NCBI GenBank assembly: GCA_965112735.1
Contig: OZ218951.1
Coordinates: 2,046,001-2,110,000, forward strand
DNA: 64,000 bases
Direction of reading: 5' to 3'
Source of the DNA: Phaeosaccion multiseriatum
Lineage: Eukaryota; Protista; Ochrophyta, other classes
Positions 62,979 to 64,000 of this stretch are shown here, piece after piece. Each line of letters begins with the position of its first letter. The stretch's first letter is position 1. Both the position numbers and the translations under genes were made by a program. The notes below the pieces were generated by a model. That model worked only from the letters and a program-made list of their open reading frames with translations, was not told where the DNA came from and did not search any database.

Positions 62979-63663
62979 GCGAGCAGGAGGGATGCGCGGG
63001 GTGGGGGCGGGTAGGGCAGCGACGACTTTGGCAACGAAAGAGTACCGCTCCAGCTGCTCACTTGCACCAGCCAGCCATGCCGCACATGCGAGTGAGCCTG
63101 TACATCAGGATGCGATGCGAGAGAGAGACTGCCCACGGCACACTGGCTTGGCGTAAGGGCGGTGAAGTGATGGCGATCCTCTGTCGCAGAGAGGAGCGGA
63201 GAATAGGAGGTAGGGGGTCGGGGGGTGAGGGAAGTCACGCAAGTGTAGAGTCAAGTGTGTAGGCTAGGGAAAAGGGAAAGGGGGGATTTTGAGGGGGAGG
63301 GGGAGAGGGAAGGTCAATTCGTTTGAAGGGGGGAGAATGTAGTCCCGATGGACCGAGGCCGAGAGCTTCCTGGGTGGGGCATGCGGGAACAGCAAGTAGT
63401 CGTAGCTTAGAAAAGGTACTGCCCTACTAAACACACAATGGTATACGTGAATGCCAGGTCCTAGGCAGGGGTTGTGCTCGTGTGGAGGCAAAAGCAGGCA
63501 ACGCTCATCTAGCTAGGCGCAGCTGCGCGCGCGGTGATCTGTGAATCGGATCACCAAACCAGACCCAACAAATGCCTTTCAGTTTCGGCGGCGATTGGCC
63601 GTGGCGCTCCAGCGGGCCCGACACGAGCGATCGATTCGACACAGGGTCCTGGCTAGTATCAAC

Positions 63664-63985
63664 TAACTACTTTGTCCGTTGGGGAGGACTGACGAGTCGG
63701 GGAAATACGACGGGGCGGTGAGACGTTACTTTTAGACAACCATAGATGGCACTTTAAGGGGACCGCGAAAATAGAACTGGTTCTACTTTGTCCGATGGGG
63801 AGGACTGACGAGTCGGGGGGAATACGACGGGGCGGTGAGAGTTACTTTTAGACAACCATAGATGGCACTTTAAGGGGGCCGCGAATGTGCTGATGGGGAG
63901 GACTGACGAGTCGGGGGGAATAGAGGGAAGATGGGGCGGTGAGAGTTACTTTTCGACAACCATAGATGGCACTTTAAGACCGCGC
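63664..63985. repeat. Tandem repeat with a 110-117 bp unit, 3 copies
   Basis: The core ggggaggactgacgagtcgggg...ggggcggtgaga(c)gttactttt.gacaaccatagatggcactttaag occurs three times. Confidence 0.92.
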
Positions 63986-64000
63986 TCCTTGGGGCACTTC

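Noticed and set aside
63664-63985. CRISPR array or active hammerhead ribozyme
   Set aside because: The units are near-identical tandem copies with no unique spacers and no cas genes, in a eukaryotic context. The hammerhead GAAA core is missing.

Overview
GC-rich, microsatellite-laden, intron-rich eukaryotic DNA with GT-AG introns. Three predicted proteins have signal peptides ending in an A|F motif (AQA-FVG, GRA-FQP, GTA-FVP), which suggests a photosynthetic stramenopile (ochrophyte) or another alga with a complex red plastid; this is inference. Bases 1-52000 hold mostly ordinary spliced genes: a WW-domain protein (3' part), an SCP/CTDSP-type phosphatase, a coiled-coil hypothetical, GTP cyclohydrolase II, an EF-hand protein, an NSUN/RsmB m5C methyltransferase, an FNIP-repeat protein, a USP deubiquitinase, twinfilin, a second hypothetical, an MgtC/SapB protein and a Tex/SRBD1 protein. 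Six copies or fragments of an intronless F-box-like/ankyrin-like family are scattered through the window. At 5.6-8.0 kb a mosaic of retroelement fragments forms two long fold-back hairpins. The main discovery is invisible in the ORF track: two divergent, spliced secreted-peptide genes with homologous signal/pro exons. The first (52460-54008, minus, 7 exons) encodes a 158-aa polyprotein in which R-x-L|Q sites separate Asp/Glu-rich peptides from QASPTPAPS peptides. The second (57797-58722, plus, 2 exons) encodes a 90-aa precursor that would release a 54-aa Gly/Tyr/Lys/Arg peptide after an RSL site. Together they are a candidate polyanion/polycation system for biomineralization or bioadhesion. 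All gene models were spliced by eye and no database search was run.
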